A DNA stretch of 64,000 nt from an uncultured Bacteroidales bacterium (GTDB lineage: Bacteria > Bacteroidota > Bacteroidia > Bacteroidales > UBA1402). The DNA is taken from NCBI GenBank assembly GCA_964502355.1, contig CAZCWK010000007.1:7091-71090 (forward strand), given 5' to 3'. This document shows, in pieces, positions 37,450-47,306 of the stretch (within the stretch, counting starts at the first letter, position 1; each line of letters opens with the position of its first letter). A program made the translations under genes and the position numbers. The notes under the pieces were generated by a model. It was not told the origin of the DNA, did no database searches, and saw only the letters and a list, made by a program, of their open reading frames with translations.

Positions 37450-40191
37450 TTATTTTAGGACAAGATTTTCAGTATAGAGCTTTCCTTCATGCCTCAGGCT
37501 TACGAGATAAGTTGAAGCAGGTAGTTTGGACATATCCAGGGTTGTACTTTCTCCATTAATGTTAAGCTGTTGTGAAACCAGTTTCCCGTTTAAATCATAA
37601 ACATTTACATCGTAAGGAGAATTGTTATTTTTTTCAAAATACAATCTTGCTGTATTCAGTTTTGTCGGATTCGGAACAAGCTTAATAGGAGATTTGCTTT
37701 TCCTGACAGTTACCTTTTTAATTACTTTGGTTGAGGCTGCAGTCTTTGAGACTCTGAAAACGCTGAAAGAATACGCCGGTAAATTGTAATCAAAATTGTT
37801 TGAAACCGTGATATTTGAAACTTTTGGTTTCACAAGAGCAGGATTTGAAAGACTGTTTCTGTCAGTTTTATTTGCACCTGTAAGCACAGTAGCGGGAATG
37901 GTTTGGTTTACTGTCATTCCGTTTATTTTAACATTGGCGGTGACAGGAGTACTTCCTGAATTCACAAGTTTGAAAATCAATTCATTACTTTCCTTGTCCT
38001 CAGTTACTGATGCAGTCACAGCACCCGGAGCACCCGGAACAAGAAACAATAATGTTGAATCCAGATAACATGAAACTCCATCTTTACCTGAAATTAGTTT
38101 TATCTCATACCATTGATTATTATTGATCTTACCGGTTTTTGACAAAAGAGTGCTCTTGTTGCCATTTGTAACCTTTTCAATGGCATGCTGAGTATTACCC
38201 CATCCACCAATATTCAACCAGTAATAATTTTTAGAATCCTTGTATGCAAACGGAATAAGGAAACCTTCGCCTCCACCTGTCTTTTTAGCTTTAATTGTCA
38301 AAGTGTATTCAGAAGCATTAATATCAGACTGACAAATACTTAAAGCTGGTTGAGCATTTGAAGACTGGACGTAAATACCACCATTTGCATTAAAGCTTCC
38401 TGCTGATGCTACCCAGTTACTACTTCCGGTGCTGAAATCTTCCTGAAATAAAACAGTATTGTTGCTGATGACTTTCAAATCATCAAACTGAGCCTGGGTA
38501 TTCCATGTTCCGACACCAGTTTTGCCCTTAAACTCATCACTATTGCTTTGATTCGGAGCTGTATAGGCCAATTCGGATGGCAGATAATAATCTCCTGCAT
38601 TTACTCCGTACATCTGTTGAACATAGTAACTGGCAGTCTTAACTACACTTGTATTGTCAAAACGAATAAGGTCAGGATTCCATTGATTATTGTTTTCATT
38701 ACATAACAGAGGAGCATAGCAGGTAAGCTCAATTATGTCGGCGTTTCTTTCAACTCCGGTAAGATATGCAGCTTCTGAAATGGCGTTAAATAGTCTGTCG
38801 TCCTGAGAAGCATATTCTCCAATAAATACTTTAGGCCCGGATCTGTCAAATTTGTCATAGCGATGATTATTATTCAGAAACCAGTCAGGAGAGTTATAAT
38901 AATGCTCATCAACTGCGTCCAGCTTACTATCACGACTGAATTTCCACAAAGAATTATAGTAATTACCGGTGTCATCAGTACCAGACGTGCCAATAACTTT
39001 AATGTCCGGATGTTTAGCCCTGAGCGCATTAGAAATCAGCAAAAATCTTTCTCTGAATTCAGGTATGTCATCTTCTTCGTTGCCAAGACAGATATATTCC
39101 AGGTTAAAAGGTGCCGGATGTCCGAGATTTGCCCTGATCTTACCCCAGGTAGTGGTTGTATCACCATTTGCAAATTCTACAAGGTCAAGTGCATCATCGA
39201 CCCATGGTTGCATCTTACTCATTGGTTCAACTTCCCTGTTTCTGAATTGACATGAAATACCTACAGGTAAAACAGGAAGAGGTTTACAGGCAATATCTTC
39301 ACAATACAGGAAATATTCAAAAAATCCCAGACCATAAGTCTGATGATAATTCCATAAGTTCCAGTTTGGTTTTCTTTGTGCAACATCTCCGATAGTATTT
39401 TTCCATCTGTAAGCATTATCCAGACCACGACCATGAGAAACACAACCTCCGGGGAAACGAAGGAATCTTGGCTTAATATCTGCTATAGCCTGTGCCAGGT
39501 CTGCTCTGAGTCCGTTCTTGCGGTTTTTAAATGTTTTTTGAGGAAATAGTGAAATCATATCCATACAGACTGTACCTCCGCCTTGTGGTAGTACGTATAT
39601 TGCATTTCCGTTCATTGTGAGTTTTGGTGTCAGTTCGAGTGAATATTTCTGCCACTTGTCTGAAGTCTGCAGGATTGTATCAGCAGCAAGAATACCACCA
39701 CCTGAAGTTCTCAGTTGTACAATTACAGGTTTATCGAAGTCAGTAGTACGTTTCAGATAAACAGAAAAATCATATTTCTCGTTTGCCTTTAAAGCTATAC
39801 CGTTGAATCCTGAATTCTGAACTCCCGCCAATGTACCCTGATTAATTATATCCATCTTAAGGTAGTTGGTGTTGTTTGCGTTGAGAGGAGAGGAGTTCTC
39901 AACATTTAAAGTTACTGATGCATCACCAATCTGAACAGGTGACCATGAGGTGAGGGGGCCTCCGTTTGTATAACCATTTATTACACGGTATTCAAATGAT
40001 CTGTTTTGTATCAACTCAGCGTACAAGCCGCCATCTGCCCCATAATTAATATCTTCAAAGAATGCGCCAATCAGGTCCTGGCTCATCTTTACGCCCGGTT
40101 TGTTTACATCAACTGTCAGTGAAACCTGTGCTGCTGAAAAAAGAGAAATGCCCGATAATACGGCAAGAAGCAGTAATCTGTTCAATTTCAT
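37450..40191 (-). CDS. GH51 alpha-L-arabinofuranosidase with N-terminal CBM-like, extra lectin-like (LamG/DUF1080-type) domain and T9SS C-terminal sorting domain
   Basis: 913 aa with a signal peptide. GH51 blocks FLRFPGGCVSHG, acid/base YICLGNEEDD and nucleophile VFIGEYAS. The C-terminal YDVNVYDLNGKLVSQQLNINGESTTLDMSKLPASTYLVSLRHEGKLYTENLVLK is a T9SS CTD pattern. Confidence 0.88.
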   Translation of the reverse strand: MKLNRLLLLAVLSGISLFSAAQVSLTVDVNKPGVKMSQDLIGAFFEDINYGADGGLYAELIQNRSFEYRVINGYTNGGPLTSWSPVQIGDASVTLNVENSSPLNANNTNYLKMDIINQGTLAGVQNSGFNGIALKANEKYDFSVYLKRTTDFDKPVIVQLRTSGGGILAADTILQTSDKWQKYSLELTPKLTMNGNAIYVLPQGGGTVCMDMISLFPQKTFKNRKNGLRADLAQAIADIKPRFLRFPGGCVSHGRGLDNAYRWKNTIGDVAQRKPNWNLWNYHQTYGLGFFEYFLYCEDIACKPLPVLPVGISCQFRNREVEPMSKMQPWVDDALDLVEFANGDTTTTWGKIRANLGHPAPFNLEYICLGNEEDDIPEFRERFLLISNALRAKHPDIKVIGTSGTDDTGNYYNSLWKFSRDSKLDAVDEHYYNSPDWFLNNNHRYDKFDRSGPKVFIGEYASQDDRLFNAISEAAYLTGVERNADIIELTCYAPLLCNENNNQWNPDLIRFDNTSVVKTASYYVQQMYGVNAGDYYLPSELAYTAPNQSNSDEFKGKTGVGTWNTQAQFDDLKVISNNTVLFQEDFSTGSSNWVASAGSFNANGGIYVQSSNAQPALSICQSDINASEYTLTIKAKKTGGGEGFLIPFAYKDSKNYYWLNIGGWGNTQHAIEKVTNGNKSTLLSKTGKINNNQWYEIKLISGKDGVSCYLDSTLLFLVPGAPGAVTASVTEDKESNELIFKLVNSGSTPVTANVKINGMTVNQTIPATVLTGANKTDRNSLSNPALVKPKVSNITVSNNFDYNLPAYSFSVFRVSKTAASTKVIKKVTVRKSKSPIKLVPNPTKLNTARLYFEKNNNSPYDVNVYDLNGKLVSQQLNINGESTTLDMSKLPASTYLVSLRHEGKLYTENLVLK

Positions 40192-40412
40192 ACTTTAATT
40201 ATTTTTTCGTTTAAGGAAGTATGTAACGCCGCATGCCCAAATTATTCCATGCTTGGGTGATTTAACAAGCATGCTCGTTTCATGGTGTTAATTATTAAGG
40301 ATAGATTAAATGTTATTTATACACTTATTTCCTGCAAAAATAAATGTTTTTATTACACTTATCAGTGCATAAACATATTTTATATATTTTTAACTAGCTT
40401 GAAAAAGCTGTC

Positions 40413-40883
40413 CTACAATGTTTTCGTCCAAAAATACATTTTAGGGGAGCATTCTTCAAAGCCGATGCTTTTGTAGACTTTTTGAGCTGCGGGATTATCC
40501 TCACGGACTTCCAGTGTTATTTTGCAATAATCTCTTTCTTTTGATATTCTGACAAGCTCTTCTATCATTGTTTTGCCAAGCCCCAGATTTCTGTGAGTAT
40601 TAAGCACAACTACATCGTGTATATAAAGGTATGGTTTCAGCTTGAAAGTAGAGTAATTTTCAAAGCAGGTAGTCATTCCGGTGTAATTACCATCAACAAG
40701 CATTAAAAGTACAAATGCGGTGGGATGTGAGTCAAGATCTTTAACAAGTTTTGCCTGCTTGGTTTCATCGTGGGCAGGGTAGTCTCCCATCGGGTCAGAC
40801 ATGTAATGATTAAGAAGACCGGTCAGGGCTTTAACATGTATCTCATTTTTGAAATCGCAAATTTCAAAGGTAATCTTGCTCAT
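40413..40883 (-). CDS. GNAT family N-acetyltransferase
   Basis: 156 aa with the acetyl-CoA binding block HRNLGLGKTMIEEL. Confidence 0.8.
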   Translation of the reverse strand: MSKITFEICDFKNEIHVKALTGLLNHYMSDPMGDYPAHDETKQAKLVKDLDSHPTAFVLLMLVDGNYTGMTTCFENYSTFKLKPYLYIHDVVVLNTHRNLGLGKTMIEELVRISKERDYCKITLEVREDNPAAQKVYKSIGFEECSPKMYFWTKTL

Positions 40884-40938
40884 AGTAATTTCAGATTTTT
40901 AATGCTAATATTCCCGGGTGACTTTGTGATTAATAAAT

Positions 40939-41838
40939 TCAGGCTTTTACGATGTGAACCACCTGTTGAGGGAATGGTAAATCAATACCTTCATTTTCAA
41001 AAGCTTCCTTAATCCTTTTACGGAATTCACCTGCTACGTCCCATTGTTTGGATGGTTTAGTTTCACCAATTATTTTTACAACTACAGAAGAATCTGCAAA
41101 AGAGTCAACTCTCAGGAAATGAGGTGCTAAATTTATCATATCGCTCCATTCCTTATCTTCAGCCAGGGCTTTTCCCGTCCTGTCAATCACTTCTTTGACA
41201 TGATCAATTTTTGCAGAATACGCGACTCCTATGTTGATATTTATCCTCGAGAATTTTACAGTCTGGTTGGAAACCGTTTTAATTTCTCCATGCGGGATAT
41301 GATGTATTGTGCCATCTCCATCACGTAATGAAGTAACCCGTAAAGTTATATCTTCTACAGCACCTGTAATGCCACCAATGGTAACGACATCTCCTATACG
41401 ATACTGGTTTTCAAAAATTATAAAGAAACCGGTGATGATGTCCCTGACAAGGTACTGTCCGCCAAAACCTACTGCTACTCCAAGGATTCCTGCACCGGCA
41501 AGTATAGGAGCAATGTCAACCTTGAATTCTTTAAGCACCAGCATGGCTGAAACCAGAATGATTATTGTATTTATAGTCCATTTTATAAGTTTGGCTATAG
41601 TACTCATTCTCTTGATTTCGCCATCAGACATATTTATCTTGTCTGAATTGGAAGCAGCATGGGTAATCCTGTTTACAAATCTTTTTGAAATAAGTTTAAG
41701 GAGATAAGCTATTGCAATTATTAAAGCTACACGGATACCGCTTGTCAATAACCAGTGAACGATGTTTTGTAATAAACCTGTAAATGTATTAATATCTGTT
41801 GCGGCTGCTTTTTCAATCATTTTTGTACTGTCAATCAT
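40939..41838 (-). CDS. Small-conductance mechanosensitive channel (MscS family)
   Basis: TM helices followed by IGDVVTIGGITGAVEDITLRVTSLRDGDGTIHHIPHGEI. The track start (41880) is a TTG; the first ATG is at 41838. Confidence 0.85.
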   Translation of the reverse strand: MIDSTKMIEKAAATDINTFTGLLQNIVHWLLTSGIRVALIIAIAYLLKLISKRFVNRITHAASNSDKINMSDGEIKRMSTIAKLIKWTINTIIILVSAMLVLKEFKVDIAPILAGAGILGVAVGFGGQYLVRDIITGFFIIFENQYRIGDVVTIGGITGAVEDITLRVTSLRDGDGTIHHIPHGEIKTVSNQTVKFSRININIGVAYSAKIDHVKEVIDRTGKALAEDKEWSDMINLAPHFLRVDSFADSSVVVKIIGETKPSKQWDVAGEFRKRIKEAFENEGIDLPFPQQVVHIVKA

Positions 41839-41951
41839 AAAAAAATCAATAAAGACGTTTAAATAGCAAATAAACTTCAAACCATCGGAGACTCGCTTTT
41901 AAAGCTGAAGTATCACGTTTTAAGACCGAAAGATTTCCGGTTACAAATATA

Positions 41952-44900
41952 CTATTCATTTGCATTTTCAAGCAGGAAATGCAAACGGTTTAAGATGTTA
42001 GCCTCACTCATACCACTGTCAAAATCCAGAAACAACAGGTTCAGATTAGGATAAAGCTCTCTTGTACGCTTCTCTATTCCTTTGGAAATCACCTGATTTG
42101 CTATGCATCCGAAAGGTTGCAGACTGACGACCCTGTTTATGCCTTTTTCGGCAAAATGGGCAAAATCTCCCGGTATGTTCCATCCTTCGCCAAACTGTGC
42201 ATTCAGGTTGATGATAGGTTTTGCAGCTTTAGCAATCTCTTCAGGTTTATTAAAAGGCTGAAAATACGGAAACACCTTACATCTTTTCTCGAATTTGGAG
42301 ACTATATGATATACGTATTTTTCAATGAAATAATAAATATTTCCCGGATTAGAAGTTATATCTACGTTTCCTTCTTTTCTTGCTATACGATTGACAAAAG
42401 TGTTGGCAAAAAAATCAAGCAGTGGTGGCAGATTGGCTTCAACACCCTGCCCGACAAGCCATTTAACAACATCCTTATGTCCGAAACTGTTATATTTGAC
42501 AAAAATCTCGCCAACAACTCCAATCCTCGGAACCTTTTTCAACTCTGTAATTTCGGTAAATTTATCAGCCGCTGATGAAACTAGTTCAAGAAATCTTTTC
42601 GGGTCATTGTCCTCTGCGGCAATGGCTCCCAATGCCAAATATTCTTCTTTAAGCTTTTCGGCGGCACCCTTTATTTTTTCTCTCGGAGCTGAAGCATAAT
42701 AAAGTTTGGATAGACAATCTGCATATATCATGCTGTAAATCACAATCTTTATTAATTTCTTCCATTCAAAGGTGAAACCGGGCTGATCATTTCTTCCGCC
42801 ACCGAGTGACAAGGTTACAACAGGAACCCTTTCGAGACCTGCAGAAATCAGAGCTTTCTTGACAAGCGAAGCATAACTAGTTGCACGACACTGACCTCCG
42901 GTCTGAGTAATGCCCAGATAAACTTCATCAGGATTGTACTGACCGCTATCAAGAGCCTTCATGAAATCTCCGATGATAAGGGTTGCCGGGTAACAGATTT
43001 CATTATTTGAATATTTTAATCCGTATTCTGCAGATAGTCTGTCACTTGGAGGCAGGTTTATAGCATTGTAACCTGCAAGTTTAAAAACCGGAGGCAGAAA
43101 AGGGGAGTAAAACTCTGCAAAAAAAGGCATCAGCATTGTTTTCCTTTTATCTTCCGTCAAAAAGCTTTTGGTGTTTACAGGTTTGTCTGAAACCTTCAAT
43201 CCCGACTTTTCATCCTTGTATCTGAGGCTTTCTATAAGAGATCGGATGCGTAAACGGTTTGAGCCTACATTATTAATATCATCAATTTTTAGGAAGGTGG
43301 CGTTTTTGCCCTTCCTTCTCAGAATGTCGGCTACTTCATCCAAAATGAATGCATCAGGTCCGCAACCAAAGGAAGTAAGTTCGACATAGTGAATATTTTC
43401 AGGTGCTTCAGCAATAAGAGTTGCCGATTTAATGATCCTGTTGGTATAAGCCCACTGGGTATTGCTCTGAACTTTTTCCTCGTCTGCTTCAGTAAGCCTC
43501 ACAATGTCTTCAGAGATTACATCTGCACCGAAGTCAGCAATTATCTGTGCCATTTTGTGTTGTATGAGCGGGTCGGTATGGTAGGGGCGACCTGCCAGCA
43601 AAACAAGTTTTCTTCCGGAAGATAAAGCGTTTACAAAGACTTCATTGCATTTTTCAGACAAGTAATCTTCGTATTTTTTCTGAGCTGCAATTGCATCGTC
43701 AAAAGCTTTGATGATTTCAATCTTTCGGATTTTGTTTTTTAAAGGTAGTGATTGTATATATTCAATGCACCCTTTTTTCATCAACTCTTTATTCTTGAAT
43801 GTAAAAGTGGGTGAATCAAAGGGTATGCCGTGGTTATCTGCGGGATTGATGGCACTTCTGATTACTTCGGAATATGCTGAAACGATAGGGCAGTTGTAGC
43901 TGTTGACACTTGAAACGTCTTCTTTGTTTTCATAGACAACATATGGCATGAAAATCCTGTCAACTTTCTTATCAATCAGATTTAGTATATGGCCGTTGGC
44001 AAGTTTTGCGGGGAAACATATATTGTCAGCCATTACAGTCCTGATACCGGTTTCATAGAGTTTCATCGTGGATGTGTCTGAAAGCTCGACATTTATACCA
44101 CATTTTGTGAAGAATGCGTGCCAGAACGGGTAGTTTTCAAAGATGCCTAGTGCACGTGGAATGCCCAGCGTAATACCTTGCTCATTTACCTTACCGACTC
44201 TGTCAAACAATACTTTATGTTTTTCAGTATATATGTTGAAACCGGGTAAATGCAGATTGCCCAGATTACTTACAACTTTTTCACATTTGTTACCTGCAAA
44301 ATAGTTGTTGCCGTTGTTAAAAGTGAATTTGGTTATTGTGCAATTGTTTTCGCAGCCTTTGCATTGTGTGCGTTTATCTGTATATGTTTCTGATTTTACA
44401 AAATCTTCAAGCCTTTTTGGTTGAACTGCAGGTTTTTTCATTGCAAACAAGGCTGAACCGTATGCACCCATAAGTTCGGGGAAGTCTGTCACAATCACAC
44501 TTCTACCGGTTTCAAGCTCAAATGCTTTTATCAGAGCACGGTTTCTGAATGTGCCTCCCTGTACCATGATGTATTCGCCCATCTCATCAAAATCTTTCAA
44601 TTTTAGGACTTTGTTCAGGCAGTTTTTTATTACCGAATATCCGAGTCCGGCTGAAATGTCAGCAACAGAAGCTCCTTCTCTGAGGAATTGCTTCACTTTT
44701 GAGTTCATGAAAACCGTACATCTTGTACCAAGGTCGCATGGATAAGCCGCACTTCCGGCGATGTCGGCAAAATCTGCAACATTGTAATTCAGACCCATTG
44801 CAAATGTTTCGATGAACGAGCCGCAACCTGATGAGCATGCCTCATTTATGTCAAGTCGTTTGATTGTTCCGCTTTCGATAAAAGCTGCTTTCATGTCTTG

Positions 44901-46217
44901 TCCGCCAATGTCAAGTATAAAGGATACTTTTGGCTCAAAATGACATGCTGCAGTATAGTGGGCAATGGTTTCAACGACGCCGGTTTCAATGTTAAAAGCC
45001 TTTTTTAAAAGATCTTCACCATAACCAGTGACACAACTACCTGAAACCACAAGTTTTTTTTCTGATTTTTCAACTTCAGACAGTAGTCCAGCCAATCCTT
45101 TACCTACTGTTTCAAGTGCATGGCCTTTGTTTTTCTCATAAAAGTTATAAAACATTTGACCTTCTTCGTTGATTGCAACGATTTTGGTTGTGGTTGAACC
45201 ACTGTCAATACCAATAAAGCATTTACCTGATTTTAGTTCTTCTACAGTTATTTTTGGAATAAAGTACTTCTTTTTGGATTCCTTGAATGATTCGAACTCT
45301 TCCGGATTAATAAACAATGGCTTCAGTCTCTTACTTTGGTCAGTTGTAGTAGTTTTATTTGCTGTTTCAAAGATTGATATAATACTTTCGAGAGACATAG
45401 GTTTCTTCTGAGCTGAAGCATTGATTGCGGCTCCCCATGCAGGGATTATTTCAGTGTTTTCATTAAAAACTATGTCATTATCTTCAAGCTTGATTTGCTC
45501 TATAAATGCTTTTCTGAGAGATGGAATGAAGTGAAAAGGACCTCCGCAAAGAAAAACCTTCGGAGTGATGTCATGTCCACGTGACAGTGAAGTAATCACC
45601 TGCATGCTTACTGCATGAAAAACCGATGCGGCAATGTCTTCTTTACTGACATTTCTGCTTAAAAGATTCTGAACATCCGTTTTTGAAAATACTCCGCATC
45701 TGGATGCAATAGGATAGACTGTAGTGGCTTTTTCTGCAAGAAGGCTAAGTTGGCTTACATCAACATCAAGTATTGTAGCCATTTGGTCGATAAAAGCACC
45801 TGTGCCACCGGCACAATTACCATTCATCCTGATATCGGGAGTCATTTTTTCTTTAAAGAATATCATCTTGGCGTCTTCTCCGCCGATATCAACAAGTGTT
45901 TTTATCTCAGGATTTACACTGGCTATGTATCCGCAGGAAGCCACAACTTCCTGTATAAAAGGCAGTTTGCATCTTTCGGCTATGCCCATTCCTGCCGAGC
46001 CGGTTATGGATAGCCTAATATCATGATTACCGATTTTATCTTTTAATGAGTTGAATATTTCTTCAAGAACTCCTGATATATTTGCATGATGGCGTCTGTA
46101 ATCTTTAAATAATAAGTTTCCTTTTTGATCTGTAGCTGCAAGTTTTACTGTTGTAGAGCCTGCATCTAATCCTATATTGATAACTGAATGCATATTTTTG
46201 TTTTTATTCTTCAACAT
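41952..46217 (-). CDS. Fusion protein: two BcrA/BadF/HgdC-type activating ATPase modules plus DUF2229 and 2-hydroxyacyl-CoA-dehydratase-like domains (acyl-CoA dehydratase activase-related)
   Basis: 1421 aa. Two ASKHA starts (IGLDAGSTTVKLA, IGIDSGSTTTKIV), each with the cluster-ligand pair (NCAGGTGAFIDQ + SRCGVFSKTD; ACSSGCGSFIET + TRCTVFMNSK). Cys-rich linker CKGCENNCTI. GIPRALGIFENYPFWHAFF (DUF2229-like). RIGVVGEIFVKYN (HgdB-like). Confidence 0.85.
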   Translation of the reverse strand: MLKNKNKNMHSVINIGLDAGSTTVKLAATDQKGNLLFKDYRRHHANISGVLEEIFNSLKDKIGNHDIRLSITGSAGMGIAERCKLPFIQEVVASCGYIASVNPEIKTLVDIGGEDAKMIFFKEKMTPDIRMNGNCAGGTGAFIDQMATILDVDVSQLSLLAEKATTVYPIASRCGVFSKTDVQNLLSRNVSKEDIAASVFHAVSMQVITSLSRGHDITPKVFLCGGPFHFIPSLRKAFIEQIKLEDNDIVFNENTEIIPAWGAAINASAQKKPMSLESIISIFETANKTTTTDQSKRLKPLFINPEEFESFKESKKKYFIPKITVEELKSGKCFIGIDSGSTTTKIVAINEEGQMFYNFYEKNKGHALETVGKGLAGLLSEVEKSEKKLVVSGSCVTGYGEDLLKKAFNIETGVVETIAHYTAACHFEPKVSFILDIGGQDMKAAFIESGTIKRLDINEACSSGCGSFIETFAMGLNYNVADFADIAGSAAYPCDLGTRCTVFMNSKVKQFLREGASVADISAGLGYSVIKNCLNKVLKLKDFDEMGEYIMVQGGTFRNRALIKAFELETGRSVIVTDFPELMGAYGSALFAMKKPAVQPKRLEDFVKSETYTDKRTQCKGCENNCTITKFTFNNGNNYFAGNKCEKVVSNLGNLHLPGFNIYTEKHKVLFDRVGKVNEQGITLGIPRALGIFENYPFWHAFFTKCGINVELSDTSTMKLYETGIRTVMADNICFPAKLANGHILNLIDKKVDRIFMPYVVYENKEDVSSVNSYNCPIVSAYSEVIRSAINPADNHGIPFDSPTFTFKNKELMKKGCIEYIQSLPLKNKIRKIEIIKAFDDAIAAQKKYEDYLSEKCNEVFVNALSSGRKLVLLAGRPYHTDPLIQHKMAQIIADFGADVISEDIVRLTEADEEKVQSNTQWAYTNRIIKSATLIAEAPENIHYVELTSFGCGPDAFILDEVADILRRKGKNATFLKIDDINNVGSNRLRIRSLIESLRYKDEKSGLKVSDKPVNTKSFLTEDKRKTMLMPFFAEFYSPFLPPVFKLAGYNAINLPPSDRLSAEYGLKYSNNEICYPATLIIGDFMKALDSGQYNPDEVYLGITQTGGQCRATSYASLVKKALISAGLERVPVVTLSLGGGRNDQPGFTFEWKKLIKIVIYSMIYADCLSKLYYASAPREKIKGAAEKLKEEYLALGAIAAEDNDPKRFLELVSSAADKFTEITELKKVPRIGVVGEIFVKYNSFGHKDVVKWLVGQGVEANLPPLLDFFANTFVNRIARKEGNVDITSNPGNIYYFIEKYVYHIVSKFEKRCKVFPYFQPFNKPEEIAKAAKPIINLNAQFGEGWNIPGDFAHFAEKGINRVVSLQPFGCIANQVISKGIEKRTRELYPNLNLLFLDFDSGMSEANILNRLHFLLENANE

Positions 46218-46852
46218 ATTTTTTCCTCTTTTACCGGAGAAAGCAGTGTTCTTATAAGCAATTTGGCATTTTTGATATTGGCTGTAAAAAATTCTTCACG
46301 TTTACTTTCATCATGACCCCAGTACTCTGAAAGTACCGGATCAATCAGATACGGAGAGAAAAGCAATCCTGTTACAGTTGGTATTATATGTTCAATAGGC
46401 AATTTGCGCAGATTTCCGGCTTCCATTTCTTTACCTACAGCTGTGCTCATGAAACTAAGATACATTTGGACTTTTTGGCTGTGTAGCAAATATTGACTGA
46501 TTAGTTTTGGATTTCGCTGTATTTCCATAAAGACGAAACCGGGAATAAATGAATTGCTTTTCAGCTTCTTATCATAAATGTCAATAATTGCTTCAAGTTT
46601 GTCTAAAATAAGAGGCTCCTTGCCCATTACATTTTCCAGCTCAGGTACTATACCTTCAAAAAACTGGTCAAGGAGCATTTGAAACAGATTTTCTTTTGTC
46701 CTGAAATAATAGTTTAACGATGTCCTGCTTATACCTGCCCTTTCAGCAATATCCTGCATTCTGGTATTGTCAAGCCCGTTTTTCATAAAAACTTCCTTGG
46801 CAGCCTTCAGGATTTTTTCTTCTGTATTTTGTAAAAGATTTTCTTTTGTCAT
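46211..46852 (-). CDS. TetR/AcrR family transcriptional regulator
   Basis: 213 aa with the N-terminal HTH RMQDIAERAGISRTSLNYYFRTKENLF. Its stop overlaps the downstream ATG (ATGTTGA, 7-nt overlap). Confidence 0.88.
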   Translation of the reverse strand: MTKENLLQNTEEKILKAAKEVFMKNGLDNTRMQDIAERAGISRTSLNYYFRTKENLFQMLLDQFFEGIVPELENVMGKEPLILDKLEAIIDIYDKKLKSNSFIPGFVFMEIQRNPKLISQYLLHSQKVQMYLSFMSTAVGKEMEAGNLRKLPIEHIIPTVTGLLFSPYLIDPVLSEYWGHDESKREEFFTANIKNAKLLIRTLLSPVKEEKIC

Positions 46853-46900
46853 TATTTGGTTTCAGATATTTCCAATAAGTTATTCCGGTATTTTTTTTGT

Positions 46901-46918
46901 TTTGACACGTGTGTCAAA
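46901..46918. promoter_or_regulatory. Perfect 8-2-8 inverted repeat TTTGACAC-GT-GTGTCAAA, candidate TetR operator
   Basis: Located 49 nt upstream of the tetR ATG, in the 143-bp divergent intergenic region shared with the Dabb gene. Confidence 0.5.
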
Positions 46919-46995
46919 CATGGCTGGCAAAAGTAATGTTTTTTTTTGGTTTCAACGCTTTTCTGTAAATTTGTAATTATTAAAATTTATCAATT

Positions 46996-47298
46996 ATGGT
47001 TAAGCACATTGTTTTTTGGAATCTTAAGGATGAGGCTTTGGGAAATGACAAAGCGAAAAATGCGTTACTTGTTAAGGAAAAGCTTGAAGCTTTAAATGGT
47101 CAGATTGAAGGACTGATAAAACTTGAAGTTGGTATGGATTTTGCGAAGGGTGAAATGAGTACAGATGTAGCTCTTTATTCTGAGTTTGATTCAAGAGAAG
47201 CTTTGGATTATTATCAGCAACATCCTAAACATAAAGCAGTACAGGATTTTGTTAAAGAAGTTCGTTTGGACAGGGCTGTAGTTGATTACGAAGTCTGA
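46996..47298 (+). CDS. Dabb (stress-responsive alpha/beta-barrel) domain protein
   Basis: 100 aa. MVKHIVFWNLKD...LEVG...D..LYSEFDS.EALDYYQQHPKH pattern. Confidence 0.8.
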   Translation: MVKHIVFWNLKDEALGNDKAKNALLVKEKLEALNGQIEGLIKLEVGMDFAKGEMSTDVALYSEFDSREALDYYQQHPKHKAVQDFVKEVRLDRAVVDYEV

Positions 47299-47306
47299 TA
47301 AAAAAT

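Noticed and set aside
40248-40273. Inverted repeat CATGCTTG-N10-CAAGCATG, with a competing CCCAA/TTGGG pairing, between the GNAT and GH51 genes. Considered as a terminator or attenuator.
   Set aside because: The stem is only 8 bp and no adjoining U tract is present. It could be a weak GNAT terminator, but the evidence is too thin to call.
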